NCBI GenBank assembly: GCA_002269645.1
Contig: NIVC01000995.1
Span: 248,001 to 312,000 of the forward strand
Length of the DNA: 64,000 nt
Origin: Macrostomum lignano
Taxonomy: Eukaryota
Reading direction: 5' to 3'
The translations under genes and the position numbers were made by a program. A model generated the notes under the pieces. It was not told the origin of the DNA. It did not search any database and was given only the letters and a program-made list of their open reading frames with translations. Shown here one piece after another: positions 23,946 to 36,964 of the stretch. Every line of letters starts with the position of its first letter. The stretch's first letter is position 1.

Positions 23946-25468
23946 TAAAAATGGGTCAAAAAGTCTTGAAATTTCTCTCGCTACGCAATCGAAAGAAGCC
24001 GTCGCATTGTCATCTCAATATGCCCACAGTACGAGTCTAATAAGCTATGAATCGCAAGAATTAAATTGGCCCTCTTAGATTCCACTGGCTGCACATTAGC
24101 TGGCTTCAAGGTTTAAAGTGCAGAAACGTTTTCTAAAAAGGATGTGAAACTTATGCATGCACAGCGCATGCTGCATTAAAATGATTAAAAAAGTGCGTTT
24201 TAAAACTGGCAATGCAACTAAATGTATGGTCTAAATAGAGTTCTGTCTCTCTGTCCACACTCTACTATGGTCACTCACTTCCACTTTTCTGCTTTCAAGA
24301 ACCACACAGACTTTTCCTTCACTCCGAAAAAAACTTGAATATTATTATACACAGGACAACTGCTTTACTTAGGAAATGCTTTGAATGGCCATTGAGGCAG
24401 TCCATTTCGCACCTGTGTCCCGTATCTCTCGGCGATGGAAAAAGTTCAACGCACACAGTAGCTAGCTAGCTAAGCTTATTTGTTGCTGAAAATTTTATAA
24501 ACTATTTAAATTTACCTTTTTGGCTATTTTAAGGTGTGATTCCAAGTTTTTTAAGCTTAATTTTCCCAAATAAATGATCAAATGGTTTCAAGAATGGAGT
24601 ATGTTTTGTGCCTGTTATACATACTGTGTCTTACGAGCTAGTTATAAAGCGCCTAAGGCAACGTGCAGTTGTCCAAACTGCGTACAGGCATTTTATCAGA
24701 GCGGCTATAGTTTATTCAGATTGCTTGGGATAGCCATAAAGATATAGATAGTAGCTGTCAGGCAGCTAATAAGAACTGAACTCTCTTTACCTACAAAGTC
24801 AGGAGAGCTTATGCCGACTGCTGCTTCGATCGCAAGGTGGCACCTATCTCCGATTTCTTACTTGGGCGGCTCTACTCTAGCCAAAGTTAATTTGTACAAT
24901 CCTATATCACTTATAGAATTTATTTTGGAGCCCATCAAGAGCACCACAAAAGCTGCTTAGCTAGCAGATCGTTAGATCGTTATTTTTTTAAATACGTGCG
25001 TTCCGACGCGAAGACGATATTAAATATTTCGAGTAAGTACATGTCTACCAAAATACCCTCAAGTAGCTCATAGTTTCACTGGCGTCTGCATAAATATTAT
25101 TCAACTTTGCTTTGTTTATCAGTTGCTTGAGCTAGTCTCTTATCGTCGAGTCATCTATAAGCTTGAAATCGGCTCTATACATAATTGACTTCCGACCCTG
25201 CAAACGCTCAGGCAAAGCCAGGCTGACTTTCGCGGGGAGCTTGAGCCTGCAGGCCCGCGGCTTCCCTCACCAGTTGCTGCTGCCCTTCTGTAAGCTCTAT
25301 TCTAAACCAATCAGAACCCTCCTAAGGCTGCATATATGTCTGCAAGCCTTCCCAAATGCTGAACTGAGACGACTGAAAAAAAACTAATCGAAGCTTTTGG
25401 CCAAGACTGGATTTTATCAAAATTCTATCTGAAACAGAATTTTTATCTTAACTGAACTGTGTCGGAAC

Positions 25469-26902
25469 ATGTCGTCACAGCAGCTAGCAACTACAACAGC
25501 GGCTGCTGTGGTGACCGCCAATACCAGCGTCAAAACTGCGCTACAGCTGGAGGAGGAGTGGGGCAGCCTCTTCTACACCAGACTGAACTCCTACTTCCTC
25601 ATCTGGTACCTGCCACTGATTTTGTTGATTGGCACCCTGGGCGCTGTTTTCTGTACGCTCTTCATCTTCATGTCGAAGATGTTCCCAAAGATTATTCAGG
25701 TCTGGCTCATTAGCATCTGCTTTGGTGATTTTATGATCCTTATGTGGGACGCTCTGCGGATGTTCACGAAAATGGCGTTCGACTACGACTTCCGCGATTC
25801 TGGCGTGGTCATCTGCAAACTTCAGGCCTACCTTGGCAACTTCTTCTTTCACTGGAGTGCCTACAATCAGGCTGCAATGTCCATTCAGCGCCTCATTTTT
25901 ATCAGTTTCCCGCTGCGCTCGAGAACTTTGCTCACCACGCGACGGGTGATCGGTATCTGGGCCTGCATGGGCCTGCTACTGCTGTTCCCCAACATCACTT
26001 ACCTCATCTACTGGCACATCGGCAAGCGAGACGACTGCGAGCCAGTGGACAAATGGTTCTATTACGTCACAACTCTAGTGCACTTGGTGGTCTGGGGCAT
26101 CATTCCGCTAGCATCTATGACCATTTCCACTGGTTGCATCTCTTTCCGGCTGATCCGCTACCGCCGGTCCAATTTTAAGGCGAAAAGTGACGGAGTTGGC
26201 AGCGGTGGAGGAGGAGAAGCCATTAGTGGCGGAGCTTTAGAGCCTCACCAGCCAGCTGCAGCCGGAGGAAGGCGTCACGGATCTGACCAGGGAGCCCATG
26301 TTACACGTCTGCTAGTTTCCATGAACCTGTTCTACCTGTTCACAACCTTCCCGCTGCTCATCTACATGATGCATCTAAATTTCCGCCTCGAGAACAAGGT
26401 CGGCGTCACCATTGCCAAGAGCTTGCACAAGTCCTACTACTACCTGTTCCGGTCGATCGCATTCCTGAACGCCTCCCTGAATTGGGTGTTCTACTGCGCT
26501 GCTGGCAAAATCTTCCGCCAGGCTGCCAAGCGCATCCTGTGCAGGCTGTTCTGCCCGCACCGGCTTCGATTCAGGGGCGGAATGGGCGGCGCAGCGGCTC
26601 CTCACCGGCACCATCGAAACCACCAGCACCACGTACTGCAGAATCGACGGGCTGGTTCACCAGACGCCTCCGAGGCCACCGCAACTGCGACTGCAACTGG
26701 AACGACGGTGCCGCTGCTCAAGAAACAGCAACAGAGTCCGCTTGACTGCTCGCAAAGCGATTGCGATTGCAACGCAACAGCGGCGCAAGTTGCCTTTAGC
26801 GCAGACGGAGTCAGCAGCGATGACTACTGCTGCAAGAGCGCCGGCTGCGGTGGCGGCAGCGACCGGGCCATTCCCCTGCAGCCTCGGCTGTCAGCTGACT
26901 GA
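25469..26902 (+). CDS. Intronless orphan rhodopsin-like (peptide-receptor type) GPCR, 477 aa
   Basis: Seven hydrophobic segments; TM2 Asp (CFGD); Cys at the top of TM3 and in ECL2; MSIQRL at the DRY position; FP in ICL2; TM7 NASLNWVFY. GC-rich coding island. Confidence 0.85.
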   Translation: MSSQQLATTTAAAVVTANTSVKTALQLEEEWGSLFYTRLNSYFLIWYLPLILLIGTLGAVFCTLFIFMSKMFPKIIQVWLISICFGDFMILMWDALRMFTKMAFDYDFRDSGVVICKLQAYLGNFFFHWSAYNQAAMSIQRLIFISFPLRSRTLLTTRRVIGIWACMGLLLLFPNITYLIYWHIGKRDDCEPVDKWFYYVTTLVHLVVWGIIPLASMTISTGCISFRLIRYRRSNFKAKSDGVGSGGGGEAISGGALEPHQPAAAGGRRHGSDQGAHVTRLLVSMNLFYLFTTFPLLIYMMHLNFRLENKVGVTIAKSLHKSYYYLFRSIAFLNASLNWVFYCAAGKIFRQAAKRILCRLFCPHRLRFRGGMGGAAAPHRHHRNHQHHVLQNRRAGSPDASEATATATATGTTVPLLKKQQQSPLDCSQSDCDCNATAAQVAFSADGVSSDDYCCKSAGCGGGSDRAIPLQPRLSAD

Positions 26903-29900
26903 GCCATCTCACAATAGGCATCAGACGAAATTAACGCTAGCTATTTTCATTGACCTTATCACTTTTTATGACGTCTTTTCCTTTTGCGAGGTTGGCCAGT
27001 CTTGTAAATTTTGGCTCGTCAAAAATTAGATAGCTCTTTTGGAAGAAGGCAAAAATCAATTAGTCACCGTATTTTACTCTGATCGACCAGTGTGGCATCT
27101 CGCTAAAGTAAAATCGAATTATCTTTTTTTCTATTTTAATCAGCCACCCGCGCATCAGTTCCTTTTATTATTTTTTTATTTCATCTGTTCTTCCCTTCGT
27201 TGTTACAACTCCACAGTGGGGAGTATTCCCAGAGGAATCCTGCAGAGAGGAGAATTACATGAAGCCAGCTGAGGACGACAGCGAGTATACACGCATCTAT
27301 AGCTAATTTAAACTCTAAGGGGATTCCTAATTTTTCACTAGCCAGCCGTTGTTTCCAAGCTTTTGAACTCATAGTGTACATCAGTTCGTTCTGTTTTCCG
27401 TATCTTCTTTACACTATATTATGATTGTTGCAATGTGCTGTCCGACTCGATCGAATCACCATGCGCTTTAGCAGTTTTGTGTTTAATTAGCTCTAATATA
27501 TTATTTGCATTATCTGCAGAAGTTCTGTTAGTTGTGGATAGTAGAAAGAAGTACAAATGTTACTTTGCTGTTGTGCATGCGACAACCAACCCACCATGTA
27601 TAAATAGATTTACCCCCCAGATTTTTCTGCCCCTTTACCCATATCTGATTTGCTAACTAAAAGATTTTCCGCCGGTTGCTTGGGCAGAACTTCCTGCCCA
27701 GAGCTAAGGATATTTCTCTCTTTTTTGGCATTGTAAGTTTTGTGTCCCTTCGACCCGAATGGAGCGTGTAGTTTAACTGCTTTTTGTGTCGCTGAATTTA
27801 CCAGAAAAGAAAACTGTTTTGCTTTATCTAATAGTATTGAAAAATTCGACAATTCCTTTTAAAATTTTGCTTTCAAAGTAAATTGTCTTATTATGGCGTC
27901 AGTCAGTCGGGTTTAAGCCCGATTTTGAACGCATCCTTATAGATTTGAATAATTTCGAGATCATATGGTTGGAAATTCCATATCCAGTCAGCCGTGAGCC
28001 ACTGTGCTTTTCCTAAAAGAAGCGTTAGAGCAACAGCTTATGGTAGCCAAAGTAAGTCGTCCATTAGTTAACGTCATCAACTGAAATATCTAAACAATGA
28101 CTAAGCATGCTTTACTTTGAAAAAATAGTTCTCATAGAGCGGCATGATGAAAGAGTTTGCAAGAAGCTTGTTTGAGCAGCGAACAGCGCTCTACCGATCA
28201 GTAAGTATATTTGAATCCAGCACCAAAAAAGAAATTCTAGGATATGCATCCATTTGCTCCGATTGTGTACCACTGCACCCTGCTGGCAGGCCTAACAGAG
28301 CCAATATTCTCCCACCTACAGCTTATCGGGCAGCTCCATCTCATTCCTCCCATCTGGCGCTGTTCCTTAGCCAGAAGCAACGCTGTTTTCTTGTTGCCGT
28401 GGGGGTTTGCCTGCCTTGAGTTTTTAAGTCTTCCAGAGCAGGAGAGAGTCATCCACCTCTCCGCTCCTGCTCTCTCCCTCTATCCAGTCGCCTATAGCAT
28501 CATCTTCCTTTCGGGCCAAAAGCTCTGGGAGAGCCAACTGCCAGGGCGACAGGGTTGCATGCAGTTGTTGCACTGTGCAAAAGAGTGACGCGCGCGGACT
28601 GAGTGCAAAATTTGCTAGCAGAAAAATGAGTGGGAGAGGCTAAACTTGCCCGACTGTGAGCTGCCGCAGCTGGTCCCACGGAGTAGGGGTGTTAAGGGCG
28701 AGAGTGGGAGATAAGTTAACACAAAGTAGTGCATAACAGGGCTGGAAATCCAGCGGAAACAGTCACTGTCAATGTATCCGCATGTTTGCATCCCCGGATT
28801 CATAGCCCCTATTTTCCACAGCCCCGGGGCCAGGACAAAAGAAACAGAGTGGGGAGAGTGCGCGGGTGAGAGGAGGGAGAATCGAGGTGGAATAATTTCC
28901 TGTAAAATTGATCGCTCGCAACCGGGCCGCGGGGCAGAGAGGAGACCGGCGACTGAGTCCCTCCCGCCGAGTCACCCCAAGCCAAGTCCCATTTTCTTCC
29001 CATTCCATCCTCGGCTCCCAGCACAGATTGGCAACAAGCGAGCCACTACACAGCTCTCTCCTGCCGCCCCCTTGAAGCCTAGTGTTTAATTCTGCAATAT
29101 AATTTCTGCTTTGCTTCGCCCTCCCCGATCCTGTTGCTTGTGCGCGTCGCCCCGGCTGCTTTCAATTCAGCTCCCAAGCGCTGAACAAGCCGAAACACGA
29201 TCCATGAAGCAAAGGCCGGGCCTCTCAACTCGCCCTGCCGCCTGATTAACTTGCAGTCAGACAAGGAGAGAGCGGACGCCGCAGAGGCTAAAGAATTTGA
29301 AGTGCATATAAGATCTCCAATCCAAAAACATGCCCCTGGCCCTGTCAGACTTCAGCAGCTTGCTCATTGTTGTCTTTTAGGGCAAAGAATGTGCGACAAA
29401 AAAGCAGACGTGCTTCAGGGGACAGGCGATTTATTTTTTCAGAAACTTTCATAAACAAACCTAGTTTAACAACCTGTGACTGGATCGTCATTTGCTATAT
29501 ACGTATATATTCGCAGGAGGGTTGTGGATACCCTGGCGCAGTGCCATCGGCGACATCTTACCACAGTCAGTGCTGGGGCAATTTGCCCATTTATATTTAA
29601 CTTAATGCATTATTTTTTCGCTAAAAATATGAGTAAAATCCTTCGACTTCATGGCAGCTTCAACTGCATGCTGTCAGGGGTGTAGACTAATGGATCAAAT
29701 GCGGTTTGGTGGAAAGCAAAAGAAATCGCGGTGATAAAAATCAATAGTTTTAAAATTCGCCAGCACTGAAGTCTCGCAAAAAAAGTTTTGCGACTATTTC
29801 TGAGAATAGTCAGTGCCACTGAACTCTCTAAAAATAGAGGGATAAATAATAGTCTGAGAAATTTACTCAAACAAAAACTGCAAACAAAAGCCCTTCCGAA

Positions 29901-32900
29901 CGATTTTTTCAAGTCCTGTGAGCGTAATTCTCAATGCACTAATGGTGCTCATGTCTGGTCAATATGAAAGTCTGTATTGAAGATCTACAGGTCCACACCA
30001 CGCTTTTCCGAGGCTGAAGCAAACGCGCGTGTCTTTAGGACCGTCTTCTAGTAAAAAGGGTTTACAACATCTCGCGGTCCGGATAATGAGCTAGTATTTG
30101 AGTAAGAAAATCTTGGCCTAAGGAGTCAACGCACGACAAAAGAAATTTGACCTAAATCAAACGGCTGCATCTCACCAGAGCTCTGCAAACCTGCTCTATT
30201 TTGTACTTTTAATTCCTTAGCTACTCCCACTCAGTCTGACTTCCCGTTTCCAATTCAGTTTTCTACAGGAACTGCCCGCATCTTCAAGAGTTCATGAGCC
30301 AAGACTGGGCGATGCCGCGACTATAGCCAGTAATTACCATGCGCCAGTCCCGGTGACGGAGTTGATTACAGCAGCTCTGGGATTGTTAAAGGTGGCAGGT
30401 CTCATTGAACGCGAAAAAATCTCTACACCGAACACCTATAGCTTCACTGCTCCAGGCTTGGCCCGGTCTGTACTCAAGCCATATCCCCAAACTACAGGGA
30501 TCTTAGCATTCTCTTGGCTTTGCAGCATTTCAAATCAATAATTTTAATCTCGAAAATACTCTTTTACTAGTGAGCTGGGATGCTGCTTCCAGCGAGAATT
30601 GATGAAATACGATCTTGATCAGCCGCAGAAGAGGAGCTGTCTTGTAGAAGGAATTGTTTCTCTCAGTTTCGCATTCAGATTAAAAATTCCGAGGCAGCCG
30701 ATCTACTTGCATTCGAAAAGAAGCCATTAATAAGTAATTCGACCTGAAGCAGATCCAAAGAATTAATTTAAATCCCTTTCTCTCTGTCGTAATGAAATGC
30801 AGCATCACTTTCACACAAGTCCCTGAATGTCAAATAAGGCATTTAGAACGATTTCGTTTATATTGCAGAAATTTCAGACCACCACGACTCAGAAGCGGCT
30901 CAGACTACCAGGTAAAATGCGGTGCGTTTAATAAACACGTTTGATCATGTTTTCAACTTCAATGCCAATGAGCTAGTACTTAAAAACGATTTTAGAGTTC
31001 TTTTGAGTTGCGTTGGCGTAAGCGCATCACCCGAGGCTACTTGATGACGCAAGACCCGAGTCTACTCGAGCACTTTTACTGTGTACCTGTACACGTGGTA
31101 ACCAATTAGACTTCGATGTTGGTGTCTGAGTGTTGGGTGTCTGAGACGGATGACTGTGATACGCGTTGCAATATTGGCGAGGCTAGCCTTTAGCTAGATT
31201 GAGTCCTCTAATTGAGCGGCTCAAGTTATATTCTTCTTTATTAGTTCTTGCACAACTTTAGCTATATAAAATAATTATACAGTACTTCTACAATGGTTAG
31301 GACCACAGACAGCTTTTCGTGAAACTAATAGCATAGCATACAAGTTCCTACTAATTCAAATCAAATATTCGAGTTAGATTACTTGACTTTTCGAGTGGGA
31401 GTTACCTACGATTTTACTGTACTTGGTGTCCGCTACAACAATGGGATAAAGTTCAAGTCGATGTCACAATTTCGATTTTAGTGTTCTTAATTATTACCAT
31501 ACAGTCTCTAGTCTACCATTTTGCTTACCCAACTACATTTTCTTAGTTTTTCCCCTCTTTCCTTTGTCCCAGCTCCCCCAATTTGGGATAATTTTCCAGC
31601 ATTTAGCCAAAGTACATGAGGTGCAGTGTTTCAAAAGTAACGAGGCTAAAGGAATGCAGAGACAGGCTGAGTGGCTGGGCAGTTTCAGCTACTAAGAGTA
31701 GCCAGTACTGAGACGTGGCAGTCCAATAGCTGGCGGTTCAGTGTGACATTGGCTCACTCATCGAACTTTGAGGGTTTCTGGGCCTACATCAAGATGCTGC
31801 ACCATCCCTCTATGACGGAAGCACCGCCTCATGCGGTGGAAGCTAGAGCAGGCACCGTCGGCTTCCGCTCAGCTTGTAACAGTAGGTGTTCAAGCCGCTG
31901 GCATCTTTGCGTGTACTCACTCACTTGTGACAATCTCGTGGTTGCCGCATGAGAGAGCTTTTGTGGGCATCATCTCGATTCGGGTTCTGACTAACTCAGA
32001 AGCTGACTCAAAAGCAGAATGCGGAAACGCGGTGTAATGCAATCACATGCACCCACAAGAATCTACATGTAATCAGGCAAGACCATCCGTGTGGGGAAGT
32101 ATGCGATCAACCGGACAGCCCTCTGCTAACGGACGAGCTGGGTAGCCTCTGCTAGTAGGGAACTATCGAACACATACTGCATTTTTCTTTCGCTTCGCTC
32201 GGATCGCATGCAACCTACGAATAGGGCGCCTGGCCACGGGTAACCATGGCTTCGGGGCAGTTTGGCCTGGAACACGGAGCAGCTGTGCTGTCTCCCTGCA
32301 GTGTCTGGTTCAACTATCGTGTTCAATGGTAGCCTTCACTCCCAGTTAGGTTAAAGAGGGTCTCTGCCTGCTCTCAGTAGTGTGTTTAGCGCAGGATACA
32401 AAACGATTTCCTATGGGGGATTATTCGTTCTCGAGCTTTAAACCTTAATTTTATTGGCAATATTTTAAGAAAATCTGCCAAGACGACGGGTGGGTTGAAA
32501 CTGAAATGTATCGGGCAAGCATATTTTGTTGGATACTGAGTTTGTGAGCCTGTTTAAAGTACGCTTTTCCGTCAGTTTTCCACGTTGGAATATATTGTTT
32601 AAAGCGTATAAGCGCCAGTTGGACAGCACGTAAGATTCGTCTGCGCTCATGTCCTTCTTGGGGCCGTATACCTTAACGCAATTGCATCTCTCAATGTCTT
32701 CAACAACGGTCCTCAGCGTCGACCGAGTGAATCGCTAACCAGGCTCTTTGGTTGGTCCACTTCGCCAGGTCTTCAAAGAGGCAAAATAGACAGAAAAAAG
32801 GCCGTTGCTTGTTCAACATAATCGGGAACTGTAATTCCTGGATTTAGTCCAGGCGTACCTCGAAATTCGTCAGTCTCCAGCACATCTTGACCAGCAACTA

Positions 32901-32954
32901 CGAGCAGCATCCCAGGAAAGCTCTTCCGTCTCTTCCGTCTCTCCATCCACCCTC

Positions 32955-34615
32955 TGACATGGAGGCCTGAGATGTCAAGGCTCACAGGGGGGAATAGCTG
33001 AGATGTCAAGGCTCACGGGGGGGAATAGCTGAGATGTCAAGGCTTATGAGGAGGGGGGAATAGCTGAGATGTCAGGGCTCATGAGGAGGGGGAATAGCTG
33101 AGATGTCAAGGCTTATGAGGAGGGGGAATAGCTGAGATGTCAGGGCTCATGAGGAGGGGGAATAGCTGAGATGTCAGGGCTCATGAGGAGGGGGAATAGC
33201 TGAGATTTCAAGGCTTATGAGGAGGGGGAATAGCTGAGATGTCAAGGCTTATGAGGAGGGGGAATAGCTGAGATGTCAGGGCTCATGAGGAGGGGGAATA
33301 GCTGAGATGTCAGGGCTCATGAGGAGGGGGAATAGCTGAGATGTCAAGGCTTATGAGGAGGGGGGAATAGCTGAGATGTCAAGGCTTATGAGGAGGGGGG
33401 AATAGCTGAGATGTCAGGGCTCATGAGGAGGGGGAATAGCTGAGATGTCAGGGCTCATGAGGAGGGGGAATAGCTGAGATGTCAAGGCTCATGAGGAGGG
33501 GGGATAGCTGAGATGTCAAGGCTTATGGGGAGGGGGAATAGCTGAGATGTCAGGGCTCATGAGGAGGGGGAATAGCTGAGATGTCAGGGCTCATGAGGAG
33601 GGGGAATAGCTGAGATTTCAAGGCTCACGGGGGGAATAGCTGAGATGTCAAGGCTCACGGGGGGGAATGGCTGAGATGTCAAGGCTCACGGGGGGGAATA
33701 GCTGAGATGTCAAGGCTCACGGGGGGGAATGGCTGAGATGTCAAGGCTCACGGGGGGGAATGGCTGAGATGTCAAGGCTCACGGGGGGGGAATAGCTGAG
33801 ATGTCAAGGCTCACGGGGGGGGGAATAGCTGAGATGTCAAGGCTCATGAGGAGGGGGGATAGCTGAGATGTCAAGGCTTATGGGGAGGGGGGATAGCTGA
33901 GATGTCAAGGCTTATGGGGAGGGGGGATAGCTGAGATGTCAAGGCTCATGAGGAGGGGGGATAGCTGAGATGTCAAGGCTCACGGGGGGAATAGCTGAGA
34001 TGTCAAGGCTCACGGGGGGGGGAATAGCTGAGATGTCAAGGCTCATGAGGAGGGGGGATAGCTGAGATGTCAAGGCTTATGGGGAGGGGGGATAGCTGAG
34101 ATGTCAAGGCTTATGGGGAGGGGGATAGCTGAGATGTCAAGGCTCATGAGGAGGGGGGATAGCTGAGATGTCAAGGCTCACGGGGGGGAATAGCTGAGAT
34201 GTCAAGGCTCACGGGGGGGGGAATAGCTGAGATGTCAAGGCTCATGAGGAGGGGGGATAGCTGAGATGTCAAGGCTTATGGGGAGGGGGGATAGCTGAGA
34301 TGTCAAGGCTTATGGGGAGGGGGGATAGCTGAGATGTCAAGGCTTATGGGGAGGGGGGAATAGCTGAGATGTCAGGTCTTACGGGGAGGGTGAATAACTC
34401 AAAAGTCAGGGCTCAAAAGTCAGGATAATAAGTCAGGGCTTATGGGGAGGGGGGAATAGCTAAGATGTCAAGGCTTATGGGGAGGGGGGAATAGCTGAGA
34501 TGTCAGGGCTTACGGGGTTATTTCTGAGATGGTCAGAAGCTAGATGTAGTTTATTCAAAAATTTGTATTCGATTCTTTGTTGACTCCCCAACAGGGGCAC
34601 TGATTGCTACATGTA
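32955..34615 (+). repeat. ~31-32-bp minisatellite (GAATAGCTGAGATGTCAAGGCTYAYGRGGRGGGG, ~48 copies) within modular repeat copy B
   Basis: Tandem array ~32960-34520, followed by the same terminus as copy A (CTCCCCAACAGGGGCACTGATTGCTA). Confidence 0.9.
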
Positions 34616-35567
34616 AGTACTGATCTAATGATCTAATTCAATAGAAAAAGTCTACGTATGTTAGTTTATGAAAGCTTTGATTTACGCTCTAAAACTAAAA
34701 GCTTTGTGAACATCAATAGAGCTATAAGAATGGCAAGTCATATTCAAAGATGAACATTGGGTCTCGCTTCTATCAAAAGCAATAGCAATTTTGGTTCTGA
34801 AAAATGAAAATCTCATATCTCTTTGTAATGTATTTTTTCGGTAATACCGGCTTCCTAAAATCTTCCAAGAAACGTATATGCCGTCCTTCTACTTAAGTAG
34901 TCCTTGGCTTAGACATACTCGTAGTTAAATCGAAGACCTTGAGTTATTTGTTATAAATTCCCGCCAGGCAACCCCTTCAAAACCCCGTTCGCATCATCTT
35001 ATAACGCGCCGTTCACAGGCTACGAGCTATCACAATTCTGGCTGATTCCCACGGACCCTTCTCGCTTGTGCTTTATTGAAAATAACTTTTGGTATTAAAT
35101 GTAGTTCAATCCCCACCCCAAACAACAGACATAAAGACCCTCTCTGAAGTGGAGGCAGACTTTAGGGCGGCGGCCTGCACTCGCCCTTTGCAATGCCGTC
35201 ATCAAGCACTTGTGGCTTATTGTCAGAGTGCAGCTGTCCGCAACTGCAGCACTGCACCACGCTTTGTTGACAATGCATTTTTTCTAACTCCCTTAGTTAG
35301 GGAATTCCTTTCCTAATTAAGTATCTACATGTATCTACGAAGTATTTACTATTCTAGTTGAAGTCATAGTTTAGGTGAGTCCATTTTTAATTATTACACT
35401 GAGAACACTGAAAGCAAACAGAAAGATGATAGAAAGAAAAGAAAGAAAAAGAAAGAATTGAACGGGAAAGTTCTGGCCGTGCATGCCTCGCTGGTTTTAG
35501 GCTGCAAAAAGTGGTAGAGCAAATGATAGGATAAAATTGGGTCTACGATTTTGACCATCTTGGACCT

Positions 35568-35662
35568 ACCCTAAACCCTAACCCTAACCTAAACCCTAAT
35601 CTTAACCTAAAACCCTAAACCCTAACCTAAACATTAACCCAAACCTAAACCCCAACCCTAAT
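35568..35662. repeat. Degenerate interstitial telomere-like (CCCTAA)n
   Basis: About 15 CCCTAA/CCTAAA variants. Confidence 0.8.
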
Positions 35663-36812
35663 CTTCGACTGTCAGATATGGTCGGCGGTCAAATAGCAGC
35701 AGTCAGGTGGTCGAGCTCCCCACCTATGCATAGGCTGCTTCTGTTAAGCACCATGTATGCAAAGAAGGGTCCTGAAAGAGGGGCGGCTGGGCGGGGCCGG
35801 TCTGGCATGAGGGGAGTCACAGACAGCGGTCGCGCCGCTGATATACAAGCTCCCCGCCCTCGGCTGGGAGAAATCCGCGATAGCGGCCTCCCGAATGGGA
35901 AATTTATGACTCTCCGGCCGCCAGCTCCGCCTGTTGCCCCTCACCCTCCCTCCCCCCTCCTCGCGCTAGCAAAAATCTCTTTCATGCGGATCTGCGCTTT
36001 AGAAATGCGAAATCTAAAAACGCTTGCTCCCTGCATGGACCTCTGGATAGCCCCCCCCCCGCGGACTGAAGCTGGACCCCGAATCAATTTGCTGACTCAA
36101 AATCTGATCATCAGGAAGCGATATGTTCTGAGTCACCAACGCGGAACTCAACAACCGAGCCAGCCAAGGTCCGCCCAAGCGACTTAGGTTGCGCTGTCGG
36201 GGACTTCAGCTCGAGAGCCACATCATCCTCGTCGCACTGCTGACCTTGCAGGCACCCTGCCGGCGACGGCAGGCGCGTCATCTGCTGTTTGTATAGCTGT
36301 TGACGGTTTTAAAGTTCCCATTATGCTTTGAAATTATTCAGATGGGGTCTACTTATTTTGCTTTTCTGGCTTGTGTCCAATCCAAGTTTCCAGAAGTCCT
36401 TGATCCAGCGCTAACCGCTCTCAACTAACCTCTGATGCTGCCGTCTCGCCCCACTCTGGCATCGGGAAACCTGCGATCATAAACCATCGGTTGTGCCCCC
36501 CCTCCCCATCTTTGTCTTCTCCATGCAAGAATTCCGCTGCGAATCTTGCGCCCAATGTTCTTACGTATGGCCCCGTCACAGACACACTCACCATTGGTCC
36601 ACCATTCGAGAAAAACAAGAGAGAGGGAGACAGGCCGGTAGTCCCGATAAAAACTAATGAACCATGGTATCGCTGCAGACTCTGCAAATATGGTAAATTA
36701 TTTGATACCCGCCACTGGAATTTGGGCTGCAAAAGTTTAATCAATTCTTTCGCGCTGAAGAAAATTGAATCAAGCGGCTGCTCAGCCACTGTCAGTGACT
36801 TCCTGAGCACCC

Positions 36813-36916
36813 ATGAGGCCTGCGCCTCTGTTGCTTCTGCTCAGCCAGGCGCCGCTGCTTCTGCTGCTTTTGCTGATTTCTGGCTGCCTGAACACCTGCG
36901 GAGCGATTCAATGGCT
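36813..36916 (+). CDS. Wnt: Wnt exon 1 (signal peptide)
   Basis: MRPAPLLLLLSQAPLLLLLLLISGCLNTCGAIQW, then CT|GTGAGT donor (phase 2). Confidence 0.85.
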
Positions 36917-36964
36917 GTGAGTGCTGCTCTACTTGTCAGTGCTCAGCCCTCCCATCCTCAGTCC

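Noticed and set aside
27039-32900. Numerous 60-115-aa ORFs
   Set aside because: No motifs, no consistent splice signals, mostly non-ATG starts; treated as intergenic.
35568-35662. True chromosome end
   Set aside because: The repeats are short, degenerate and flanked by unique sequence on both sides.
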